Below are positions 41,003-49,718 of a DNA stretch of 64,000 nt, piece by piece (position 1 is the stretch's first letter; every line of letters starts with the position of its first letter). The notes below the pieces were generated by a model that saw only the letters and a program-made list of their open reading frames with translations, searched no databases and was not told the origin of the DNA. The stretch is taken from NCBI GenBank assembly GCA_965207735.1, contig OZ242296.1, positions 896,001 through 960,000 on the forward strand, read 5' to 3'. The position numbers and the translations under genes are program-made. The DNA comes from Candidatus Versatilivorator sp. Lineage in GTDB: Bacteria > Acidobacteriota > Terriglobia > Versatilivoradales > Versatilivoraceae.

Positions 41003-41347
41003 CTATAAAGAGGCCAGAGCGCTCCAGCGCGAGTTGCGGATCAGCATGACCTGATCGAAGCCGCTGACGCGAAAAACCTCGTGGATGTTGTCCTTCATGG
41101 AGCACAAGATGAACTTGCCCTGTTTCGACTGAAACTGTTTGGCAGCTACCAGAATCACACGCATTCCCGCACTGCTGACAAATTTGAGCCGGCTGAAGTC
41201 GATAATCAGGTTCTGTTCACCGTTCCTGATGTGATCCATTACCAGTGATTCAAACGAGTCCGCATTCGGGCCGTACAAGCGGTTGACAGGGATCAGAACC
41301 AACACCCCGGATTCTCGCTCCTCGATTACTTCAATATCAGTGATCAT
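41003..41347 (-). CDS. STAS domain protein (anti-sigma factor antagonist)
   Basis: LIIDFSRLKFVSSAGMRV...VFRVSGFD. Start placed at MITDIEV. Confidence 0.85.
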   Translation of the reverse strand: MITDIEVIEERESGVLVLIPVNRLYGPNADSFESLVMDHIRNGEQNLIIDFSRLKFVSSAGMRVILVAAKQFQSKQGKFILCSMKDNIHEVFRVSGFDQVMLIRNSRWSALASL

Positions 41348-41465
41348 TGTGGCACCTGAATGTCGGCCTGCCCCCAGTCGTCTCGGACGGGCTGATGGTT
41401 CCTGTACGCCATGAATTTGCAGAAGGGTAAAGTATCCACGATCAATTTGTCCAGGGCGATTTGCA

Positions 41466-44400
41466 TCACGCCTCATCGTCGCTTTCGAGCCAGCGATACA
41501 GCGATGGAAGCACGAAAAGCGTCAGCAGAGTCGAGGTTACCAGTCCACCGATGACGACCGTCGCCAAGGGACTCTGCACCTCGGCACCCGCACTGGTCGA
41601 CAAGGCCATGGGAACGAATCCGAGACTGGCGACCAGTGCCGTCATCAGGACCGGCCTCATGCGGCGCTCGGCGCCCTGACGCACCGCCTCGTCCACCGTC
41701 ATACCCTGCTTTCTGAGGTCGAGAAAGTAGGAAACCATCACGACGCCGTTCAGCACCGCAACGCCGAAGAGCGCGATGAAGCCGACGCCGGCTGAGATGC
41801 TGAGAGGCAGTCCGCGCAGGAACAGCGCCAGGATGCCTCCGGTGGCCGCCAGCGGGATGTTGAAGTAGATGAGCATTGCCGGCTTGGCCGCCTTGAAGGC
41901 CGTATAGAGCAATAGAAAGATCAGGAAGAGTGCAATCGGCACGACCAGGGCCAAGCGTTTGGTGGCCCGCTCCATGTTCTCGAACTGTCCACCGTATTCC
42001 ACGGAATAGCCGGGTGGCAGATCGACTCCGCCGGCAACCGCCGCCCGCACATCTGTGGCGAAACTGCCGAGATCGCGGCCGCGCACGTTGGCTTCGACTG
42101 TAATTCTCCGCTGGATCTGCTCCCGGCTAATCTGAGCCGGGCCCTCCTCGGTCCAGATCTCGGCGAGTTGCGACAGCGGGATCATGGCGCCGCCAGGATC
42201 AGACACCCGGATCGATCGGATCTGCTCGATATTGTTGCGGGCCTCGGGCACGAACCTCGCCCGCAAGGGGAAGCGAGCCTGTCCCTCGAGCACCTCGCCG
42301 AGCGTCGTTCCTCCCATCGTCTCGACCACGGCCAGTACGTCGGCGACATTGATGCCATAACGAGCCACCGCTGCACGATCGATCCGTACACGCAGAAAAG
42401 GCAGTCCGGACGTCTGTTCCGCCTTGACGTCGGCGGCGCCGGGAACGCCGGCCACCACCCGCCGCACCTCGTCCCCGATGCGTCGTAACTCGTCGAGGTC
42501 GGGACCGTATACGGTGACCGCCAAGTCGGAACGGACACCAGCGATCATCTCCTGCATGCGCAATTCGATGGGTTGCGAGTAGCTGAAGATGTTGCCGGGC
42601 ACCCGATGCTCGAGCGCACGGTTGATCTCCTCGATCAGGCCTTCCTTGGTATCGGCCGTTTCCCAGTTACTGTCGTCGGTCAGGATCGCATAGATGTCGC
42701 TGGTCTCAACCCCCATCGGGTCGGTGGGGATCTCGGCTTGACCGGTCCGAGAAACCACCGTCACAACCTCGGGGAATTCCAGCAGCGTCTTCTCGATGAG
42801 TGTCGTGCTCTTGGTTGACTCCGAGAGCGCTACGCTTGGGAGACGCCAAGCCTGAACCGCAATGGCGCCCTCGTTGAGCTTGGGCAGGAACTCCGTGCCC
42901 ATGAAGGGGACCAACAGGAGCGAAGCGGCAAAGACGAGCGCCGCTCCGGCTCCGGCCAGGCGCGGATACGACAGAACCCTGTCGAGCAGCGGTCGGTACA
43001 GCCTCAGCAGCCAGGCCACCAGGCGGGGGGTCTTGTGTGGGATTCGCTTCCGAAACACCATCAGGGAGAGCACCGGCATCAGCGTCAGAGCCAACACCAG
43101 TGAAGCCACCAGAGCGAAGACCACGGTCAGGGCCATTGGCCGGAACATCTTTCCTTCGATTCCCTGCAGGACCATGATGGGCAGGTAGACGATGATGATG
43201 ATCATCACCGCAAAGAACACCGGGCGCGCCACTTCGCGACCTGCCCAGCCCACCACCTCACCACGTATCTGTCCATTTCGCGCCTGGCTCAGGCGCCGAA
43301 CGATGTTCTCGACCATGACAACCGATCCGTCGACGATCAGCCCGAAGTCGATTGCGCCCAGGCTCATCAAGTTGCCGGAAAGCCCTGCCTGTACCATTCC
43401 GGTAAAGGCGAACAGCATCGATAACGGAATCACCGAGGCGACGATCAATCCTCCGCGCAGGTTGCCCAGAAACAGCAGGAGCACGGCGATCACCAGCAGG
43501 CCCCCTTCCACCAGGTTCTGCTGCACGGTGGCTATGGTCCGCCGGACCAGATCGGTTCGGTCGTAGAAGGTTTCGATTTCAACGCCTGGAGGCAATGTCG
43601 GTTTGATGCGCGCCAACTCCTCGTCCACCTTTCGAGCAACGACGCGCGGGTTCTCGCCCATCAGCATCATGACGACGCCGGTCACCACCTCGCCTCTACC
43701 GTCTCGAGTCACGGCGCCCTGCCGGACCATGGGCGCGAAGGCGGCTTTGCCGATATTGCGAATGAAGATGGGAGTACCGTCCTCGACGGCCGTGACCACG
43801 ATATTGTCGATGTCCTCAAGGGAGTCGATCAGGCCCTCGCCGCGAATGACGTACTGCTCCTGGGAGCGTTCGATGTAAGCGCCTCCCGCATTCGCGTTGT
43901 TCTCTCGAAGCGCGTCGAAGACCATTTCGAGCGAAACGTTGTGGGCAACCAGGCGATTGGGATCGAGCTGCACCTCATAGGTTTTGAGCTCGCCACCGTA
44001 GGAATTCACCTCGACCACGCCCGGTACCGACTGCAGCTTGAACCCGATCTCCCAGTCGAGGATGCTGCGCAACTCCATTGGGGTATACCCTTCGCCACGA
44101 ACCTCGAACTGGTAGATCTCACCCAACCCGGTGCTGATCGGACCCATTGAGGGTGTGCCGTAGCCCTCCGGAATCAACTCGCGGGCCTCGGGCAGCCGCT
44201 CCATTACGAGCCGGCGTGCGAAGTAGAGGTCGATCGACTCTTCGAAATAGATGTAGACCGACGAGAGTCCGAACCGCGAAACCGATCGGATCTTGGTGAT
44301 GCCGGGAAGGCCGCTCATTGCGGTTTCGACTGGAAAGGTGACAAACTGCTCGACCTCCACCGGCCCGAGCCCGGGCGTCTGGGTCAAAACCGCCACCTGG

Positions 44401-44531
44401 TTTGGAGTCACGTCGGGCACCGCATCGATCGGCAACTGGAACATCGAGTAGACGCCGAAGCCGGCAGCCAACAGGGTGAACGCCAGGATGAGAAACCGAT
44501 TGCGGAGGGAGAAATCGATGAGGCGATGCAT
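41466..44531 (-). CDS. czcA: CusA/CzcA heavy-metal RND efflux transporter
   Basis: LPIDAVPD, NLMSLGAIDFGLIVDG, GFIALFGVAVLNG, RPVLMTA. Confidence 0.93.
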   Translation of the reverse strand: MHRLIDFSLRNRFLILAFTLLAAGFGVYSMFQLPIDAVPDVTPNQVAVLTQTPGLGPVEVEQFVTFPVETAMSGLPGITKIRSVSRFGLSSVYIYFEESIDLYFARRLVMERLPEARELIPEGYGTPSMGPISTGLGEIYQFEVRGEGYTPMELRSILDWEIGFKLQSVPGVVEVNSYGGELKTYEVQLDPNRLVAHNVSLEMVFDALRENNANAGGAYIERSQEQYVIRGEGLIDSLEDIDNIVVTAVEDGTPIFIRNIGKAAFAPMVRQGAVTRDGRGEVVTGVVMMLMGENPRVVARKVDEELARIKPTLPPGVEIETFYDRTDLVRRTIATVQQNLVEGGLLVIAVLLLFLGNLRGGLIVASVIPLSMLFAFTGMVQAGLSGNLMSLGAIDFGLIVDGSVVMVENIVRRLSQARNGQIRGEVVGWAGREVARPVFFAVMIIIIVYLPIMVLQGIEGKMFRPMALTVVFALVASLVLALTLMPVLSLMVFRKRIPHKTPRLVAWLLRLYRPLLDRVLSYPRLAGAGAALVFAASLLLVPFMGTEFLPKLNEGAIAVQAWRLPSVALSESTKSTTLIEKTLLEFPEVVTVVSRTGQAEIPTDPMGVETSDIYAILTDDSNWETADTKEGLIEEINRALEHRVPGNIFSYSQPIELRMQEMIAGVRSDLAVTVYGPDLDELRRIGDEVRRVVAGVPGAADVKAEQTSGLPFLRVRIDRAAVARYGINVADVLAVVETMGGTTLGEVLEGQARFPLRARFVPEARNNIEQIRSIRVSDPGGAMIPLSQLAEIWTEEGPAQISREQIQRRITVEANVRGRDLGSFATDVRAAVAGGVDLPPGYSVEYGGQFENMERATKRLALVVPIALFLIFLLLYTAFKAAKPAMLIYFNIPLAATGGILALFLRGLPLSISAGVGFIALFGVAVLNGVVMVSYFLDLRKQGMTVDEAVRQGAERRMRPVLMTALVASLGFVPMALSTSAGAEVQSPLATVVIGGLVTSTLLTLFVLPSLYRWLESDDEA

Positions 44532-44695
44532 GTTAGTGCGAGTGGCCGATCCGCACGTGATCGATCGGCAATTGGAACATTGAATGCACTCCGAACTCGG
44601 AAGCCACTACCGTGAACGCCAGGATGCGATACCGATTGTGGCGGGAGGAATCGACGAGGGAATTCATGTTAGTGCGAATGACCGATTCGCTCGTG
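44424..44695. repeat. diverged 136-bp tandem duplication of the czcB/czcA junction
   Basis: 44424-44559 versus 44560-44695; both contain ATCGATCGGCAA...GTGAACGCCAGGATG...CATGTTAGTGCGA. Confidence 0.9.
44533..44667 (-). CDS. 44-aa chimeric mini-ORF (CzcA N-terminus + CzcB C-terminus)
   Basis: MNSLVDSSRHNRYRILAFTVVASEFGVHSMFQLPIDHVRIGHSH*, with TAA-C-ATG junctions on both sides. Confidence 0.55.
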   Translation of the reverse strand: MNSLVDSSRHNRYRILAFTVVASEFGVHSMFQLPIDHVRIGHSH

Positions 44696-46018
44696 AAGCA
44701 ACGCGGTTTTCAAATAGAAGCTGCCGGTCGACACGATCGTTTCGCCCGGCTTCAGGCCGCTGACCACCTCAACCTGACCGCCGGCCGTCGAACCGAGCGT
44801 CACGTCGCGGCGCTCAAAGGCGGTCGGTCCTGTCCGCGCGAAGACAACTGACTGCCCGTCAATCTGTTGAACCGCATCCACGGGAGCCACCAGCGTGGAA
44901 ACCTTCTCATTTGTAGGGATGGAAACTCTGGTGAACATGCCGAGCTTCAGCGCCTTGTCGGGATTCTTGACGACACAGCGCACGTGAGCGGCGCGCGTGC
45001 TCATTTCGATGGTGTCCGAGATGTAGGTGATGCGGCCGGTGAACACCCGGTCCGGATAGGCATCGACCTGAATCGTGACTTCGGCGTCCGTTGGGAGGCG
45101 GCCCAGGTCGGGCTCGTAGACATCGGCGAGAACCCAAACCGTTGACATGTTGGTAATCGTCAGCAGCTCGCGGCCAGGATCGACCAGGTCGCCCACTGCC
45201 ACACCGAACTCCGTCACGGTCCCCGCGAAGGGTGCGCGAAGCACATTGAGCGACATTTCGCGGTGTCGTTCCGCGGCCGCCCGCATCTCGTCGGCACTAC
45301 CGCTCGGGGCGACTTCCGAAAGGTCTTCGTCCGTCAGTCCGAAGCGATGTATCCGCTCCTCGATTCTGCTCACCTCCGCCTGGTTGCTGACCAGGCCGGC
45401 CCGGGCCTGCTCGAACTCCGACCGGCGCAGATCGAGGGTCTGCTGAGAGATCGCCTCAAGGCCGATCAATTGCTCTGCCCGTTGCAAGCTCCGTTGCAAG
45501 ACCTCTAGGTCGGCCTCGGCCTGGCGTCGAGCCGCTACCGCCGCCCGGTATTCCCCGATGTGGTCTCCAAGCGCGATGTTGTCGTAATGCACGAGCACTT
45601 GTCCCGCTCGCACGCGGTCGCCAAGGCTGACGTCGACTTGCTTGACGACCCCCTCCGCCAACGGCCGCAGGCGCACCACTCGTGAGATGACGGGCGTGAC
45701 CAGACCGGTCACGTTCATCGGTACGGGATGGGCACGGCGCTCCGCGGCTGCAACCTGCATGCCGGCGTTCTGCTGGGCCTCCAGGGGAATCTCCAGCGAA
45801 CCATCGGCCTCGTCTCCGGCGTGCTCTTCACCGTCATGGGTCTCGCCGGCGTGTTCCTCCTCAGCGTGGTCTTCCCCATGGTGAGCCCCATTGTTTCCCG
45901 TCTCCAGGCAGGCTGAACCTGCCGCGGCTCCCAAGCAGATCGCCAGCCAGACGAGCACTGCACCCAGCCCGCCTTGCCGGCGCAGTCTGTGACGCAGTCG
46001 GTGACGCGGTCCATGCAT
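44669..46018 (-). CDS. czcB: heavy-metal RND periplasmic adaptor (CzcB-like)
   Basis: His/Glu-rich N-terminus, LRAPFAG, VWVLADVYE, LKLGMF, C-terminal GHSH. Confidence 0.88.
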   Translation of the reverse strand: MHGPRHRLRHRLRRQGGLGAVLVWLAICLGAAAGSACLETGNNGAHHGEDHAEEEHAGETHDGEEHAGDEADGSLEIPLEAQQNAGMQVAAAERRAHPVPMNVTGLVTPVISRVVRLRPLAEGVVKQVDVSLGDRVRAGQVLVHYDNIALGDHIGEYRAAVAARRQAEADLEVLQRSLQRAEQLIGLEAISQQTLDLRRSEFEQARAGLVSNQAEVSRIEERIHRFGLTDEDLSEVAPSGSADEMRAAAERHREMSLNVLRAPFAGTVTEFGVAVGDLVDPGRELLTITNMSTVWVLADVYEPDLGRLPTDAEVTIQVDAYPDRVFTGRITYISDTIEMSTRAAHVRCVVKNPDKALKLGMFTRVSIPTNEKVSTLVAPVDAVQQIDGQSVVFARTGPTAFERRDVTLGSTAGGQVEVVSGLKPGETIVSTGSFYLKTALLHERIGHSH

Positions 46019-46043
46019 TTGCAATCGCTCCCTCGGAGCCGGG

Positions 46044-47351
46044 TCAGGGTTTTCCCGTCGGCCGGATGCCGACGGCCGCCGCCATCTCTATCAGGCTGAT
46101 GCGCAGGTCGTAGAGAGCCTGGTTGCGCACCTGCTGAGTTACGATGAATTCGCGCTGCACATCCAGGAAATCGATCAGCGCGGTCTCGCCAAGGTGGTAG
46201 GAGGCCTGGATCAGGTCATGCAATTCCCTTGAGCTGCGAAGATACTCCTGGTCAATATAGCGGACCCGCTTCGCACTGCTGTCGACGGCGTTGGCCGCCA
46301 TCTGCAACTCGGTGTCGACCGCCAACTTTTCCGCCCTCTCCAGTGCCTGGGCTCGGCGTCGTTCGGCAAAGGCCCGCTGTACTCCAGCGGGATTCAGACT
46401 GCCGAATAACGGAATCGGGATGCTGACTTCGAAATCCATGGCGTGCTCGCCGAAATCCCGGCGGTAGCCCCAGGCGAAAGTGACATTTGGAGCACGCATC
46501 GCGTGTTGCAGCTCCATCTCGGCTTCAGCGCGTTCGCGGGCATGGCGAGCGGCCTGCAGATCCGGCCGGATTGAGGCAGCGTCCTTCCGCAACGAATTCA
46601 ATTCAGCCGTGACGCCCTCACCCGTGGCGATCAGTCCACCGTCCGGACTTCGGAGTGGAGACGGCTCCAGCGGATCTATCGCTTCGAGCTGTTGCCGCAG
46701 GTCGGCTGCTCCGAGCAGATTCAGCAACACCACGCGTGCGTCGCTCATCGCCAGTTCCGTTGTCAGGACCTCATCGAAGAAATGGAGGCGCTCCACCTGC
46801 AGCCGGCGGAGCTCCGTGCCTGCCACTTCACCCACCTTGAACCTGGCCTCGGTCAAGGCGATGACACGCTCAATATCCTTGAGCGCCGCTTCCGCCGTGG
46901 TCTGATTGGCTTGGGCGAGTGCAAGCTGGAAGTATGCCTTGCTTACTTCGAGCTGCAGACGTCGAAGTTCATCGGCAACTTCCGAGCGCGCCACCCCGAT
47001 ACCGGCGTCAGCTGCTTTCATGCGGTGCCCACGACGGCCGGCGGTCTCGATCTCCTGCTCCATTCGGACGATCAAGGCCTGGCCGTTCAGGAATGAGGGA
47101 ACGTTGGGCCCAAAGATCGAATACTCCTCGCCTTCCACTGCAATTTCGGGGTTCGGCCGGCTGGCCGCCTCGCGCGCATCCGCCTCCGCGATCTCAACCA
47201 GGTTTCGGGCGGCGCGGAAATTGGCGTTGGCCACCTCGGCGATGCGCAGGGCATCGGCAAGCGTCAACCTTTCCGGGATCTCCGTATCCTGCCCCGATGC
47301 CGGAATATAAAGCAGGAACAGGGCACAGAAGAACAGCGTGGCGAACCTCAT
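46044..47351 (-). CDS. czcC: TolC/CzcC-family outer membrane efflux protein
   Basis: Signal peptide, RPNP, QEIETAGRR, RPDLQAAR, YHLGE..LIDFLD. Confidence 0.85.
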   Translation of the reverse strand: MRFATLFFCALFLLYIPASGQDTEIPERLTLADALRIAEVANANFRAARNLVEIAEADAREAASRPNPEIAVEGEEYSIFGPNVPSFLNGQALIVRMEQEIETAGRRGHRMKAADAGIGVARSEVADELRRLQLEVSKAYFQLALAQANQTTAEAALKDIERVIALTEARFKVGEVAGTELRRLQVERLHFFDEVLTTELAMSDARVVLLNLLGAADLRQQLEAIDPLEPSPLRSPDGGLIATGEGVTAELNSLRKDAASIRPDLQAARHARERAEAEMELQHAMRAPNVTFAWGYRRDFGEHAMDFEVSIPIPLFGSLNPAGVQRAFAERRRAQALERAEKLAVDTELQMAANAVDSSAKRVRYIDQEYLRSSRELHDLIQASYHLGETALIDFLDVQREFIVTQQVRNQALYDLRISLIEMAAAVGIRPTGKP

Positions 47352-47644
47352 CGGACTAAAAAAGGGGATGGGGTCGTGGATAAGCAATTCTATGTCAAGT
47401 CGCAGCCGGTGCTCCGGAGCCCGCCTCGGAGTCTTGCACAAGGGGATCTCCGGCGGAATACGGCAGTTCGTGTCGTCGAAGGCTGAACAGCTGCGATCTC
47501 CTTGAAATCACTTTATTTGGAAGCAATTCAGAGTACGAAGTATATCATAGGCTCGTAGGAAGTCGGTCGGAGACAAACCGGGGTCCGGCTTTCAACCGCT
47601 GCCACGCTGTTCCCCCAAGGCAAATTCTCACATCTGAGGCACAC

Positions 47645-48793
47645 ATGGAACCAACGCAACTGAAAATCGTCCGGTCAAGGCTTGTCCCCTGGCTAATCGT
47701 CATCGTGTCGTTATACGTGCTGCTTGTGGCGGTTGACGTGATCGGCAAGGGCTTTCGTCAAGAATTCGGTGGTGCGGAGGGCGCCGAATCTCTGTTCATG
47801 TTTGCAACGAACCCGTTCATCGGATTGGTACTCGGCATACTGGCCACCTCATTGATCCAATCTTCCAGCACCGTTACATCCATCATCGTCGCTCTTGTAG
47901 CGGGTGGATTGCCCATTGCAACGGCAATTCCAATGATAATGGGCGCCAACGTGGGAACGACAGTCACCAATACCATAGTCAGTTTCGGTCATGTGAATCG
48001 GCCGGGGGAATTCAGAAACGCGTTTGCAGCCGCCACTGTACACGACTTTTTCAATCTGCTGAGTATCCTGATATTCCTGCCCTTGGAACTCGCGTTCGGT
48101 TTTCTTGAAAAACTGAGCGGCGCTCTAACCCATGTCATCGAGAACATGGGGACTGTTGATGCTTCGGGCAAGGGCATAGTGAAAATCGTGGTCGGTGCCG
48201 GTACTGGTTTTGTAGAGTCGTTGACGTCTTCGCTGCCCGACCTGTGGGCGGGTCTGGTTTTAATTGGTGTGGGAATCCTGCTCATTCTGCTGTCGATCAC
48301 CTATCTTGGAAGCGCGCTCAAAACCGTCTTCGTGGGCAGGTCCCGAAGCTTTCTGCAGGCAGCCGTCGGAAAGGGTCCGGTGACCGGCATACTTTCCGGC
48401 ACCGTGGTTACAGTGCTGGTGCAATCGTCCTCGACTACCACAAGCATCATTGTGCCCTTGGCGGGTAGCGGCATGATCGGTCTGCGTCATGTCTACCCGT
48501 TCACGCTGGGGGCCAACATCGGAACCACAGTCACTGCGCTTATAGCTGCGACGGCGATTACGGGCGCTACTCATGCCATTGCGCACCAGATCGCCATTGC
48601 GCACTTTCTTTACAATCTGCTGGGCGTAGTCGTCATTTACAGTATTCCTTGGCTGCGGCTGATTCCGACAGCGGGAGCCGAGTGGATCGCACGGCTGGGG
48701 AGTGAGCGCAAAGGATTGGCCGTCGCTTATATGCTCTCTGTATTTTTCGGCGTTCCGGGACTGCTCGTATTGTTCAAGACCTGGCTGTCCTGA
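47645..48793 (+). CDS. Na+/phosphate symporter (NptA/SLC34-like)
   Basis: Two QSSS repeats; MGANVGTTVT and LGANIGTTVT. Confidence 0.9.
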   Translation: MEPTQLKIVRSRLVPWLIVIVSLYVLLVAVDVIGKGFRQEFGGAEGAESLFMFATNPFIGLVLGILATSLIQSSSTVTSIIVALVAGGLPIATAIPMIMGANVGTTVTNTIVSFGHVNRPGEFRNAFAAATVHDFFNLLSILIFLPLELAFGFLEKLSGALTHVIENMGTVDASGKGIVKIVVGAGTGFVESLTSSLPDLWAGLVLIGVGILLILLSITYLGSALKTVFVGRSRSFLQAAVGKGPVTGILSGTVVTVLVQSSSTTTSIIVPLAGSGMIGLRHVYPFTLGANIGTTVTALIAATAITGATHAIAHQIAIAHFLYNLLGVVVIYSIPWLRLIPTAGAEWIARLGSERKGLAVAYMLSVFFGVPGLLVLFKTWLS

Positions 48794-48809
48794 AGTACCA
48801 GGGGTCAAT

Positions 48810-49568
48810 CGGCACCGGCAATATGGGCCTTGCCGATCCTCATCCACGAGCGCTTCCGGTAGCCGGTAGCTGCGTATCACGCTGCCATGCCAGCTTGTCG
48901 AAAGCAGCGTCGACCCGTCCGACCATAGCCCCGACGGGTCGGTGTCCCAACCTGCGGCGACGATGTCCCTCCCAGGCTGCCGCTCGCCGCCCGACAGACG
49001 ATAGGCGTAGATCTGCTCTGCCCAATCCGCAACCCACATTGTCTCCCCGTCCGACCACAGGCCCACCGGCTCCTCATTCGCCGAGAGCGCCACGTCCCGC
49101 ATGTTGAGCCGCGAGCCATCCGACAGCCGATGCGCCCGCAGCTTCCCCTCAAGCCCTGCCGCCCATACCGTGTCCCCGTCCGACCACGTCCCCATCTCCT
49201 GCCGGCAGTATCCGGAACGTCCAGGGCAGGTTTGATCCCTACACCAGCCGCTTCGCACGCCGGACCGTTCCTGCTGTCACCTCAAAGGCGTCGTCGCGCA
49301 GCGTCCTGAAGCCAACCGGAAACTCCTCGCTGAAGCGTAGCTCGAACTCGAACGCATTCTCGCCGTCATGCGTCACCGGCATGTCCAAGAACTCTGCCGT
49401 CAAGGGCGTGACCGTGGCCCGCTGAATCGTCAACGATACCGTGTCGATAGCCGTACCGTTGTAGCTTGCTGCAACCGAAACGGTCTCGTCGCCTTCGGTG
49501 TCGGAATCCGCCGTTGCAGCGATGGTCGAGGAGTCGTTGTCTGAAGTCACTGTTCGAATCAGAAGCAC
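48810..49568 (-). pseudogene. fragments of a large repetitive surface protein
   Basis: Two broken frames: an Ig-like piece (PLTAEFLDMPVTHDGENAFEFELRFSEE) and three G(L/T)WSDGxT beta-propeller-like repeats. No credible start or signal peptide. Confidence 0.65.
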
Positions 49569-49718
49569 TCATGCCGCTCATAAGGATGTGGGGCTTCCCG
49601 GCATCTTCAGCCCCCATAGCTCTTGCGTGTTGATGGTGACCGTCTTGCTCTGTGCCCTCGGGACAAGAAGAAGGCAACACGGGGTAACTACCTTCGATAA
49701 CAGAGTCCTGCAGGTCCC

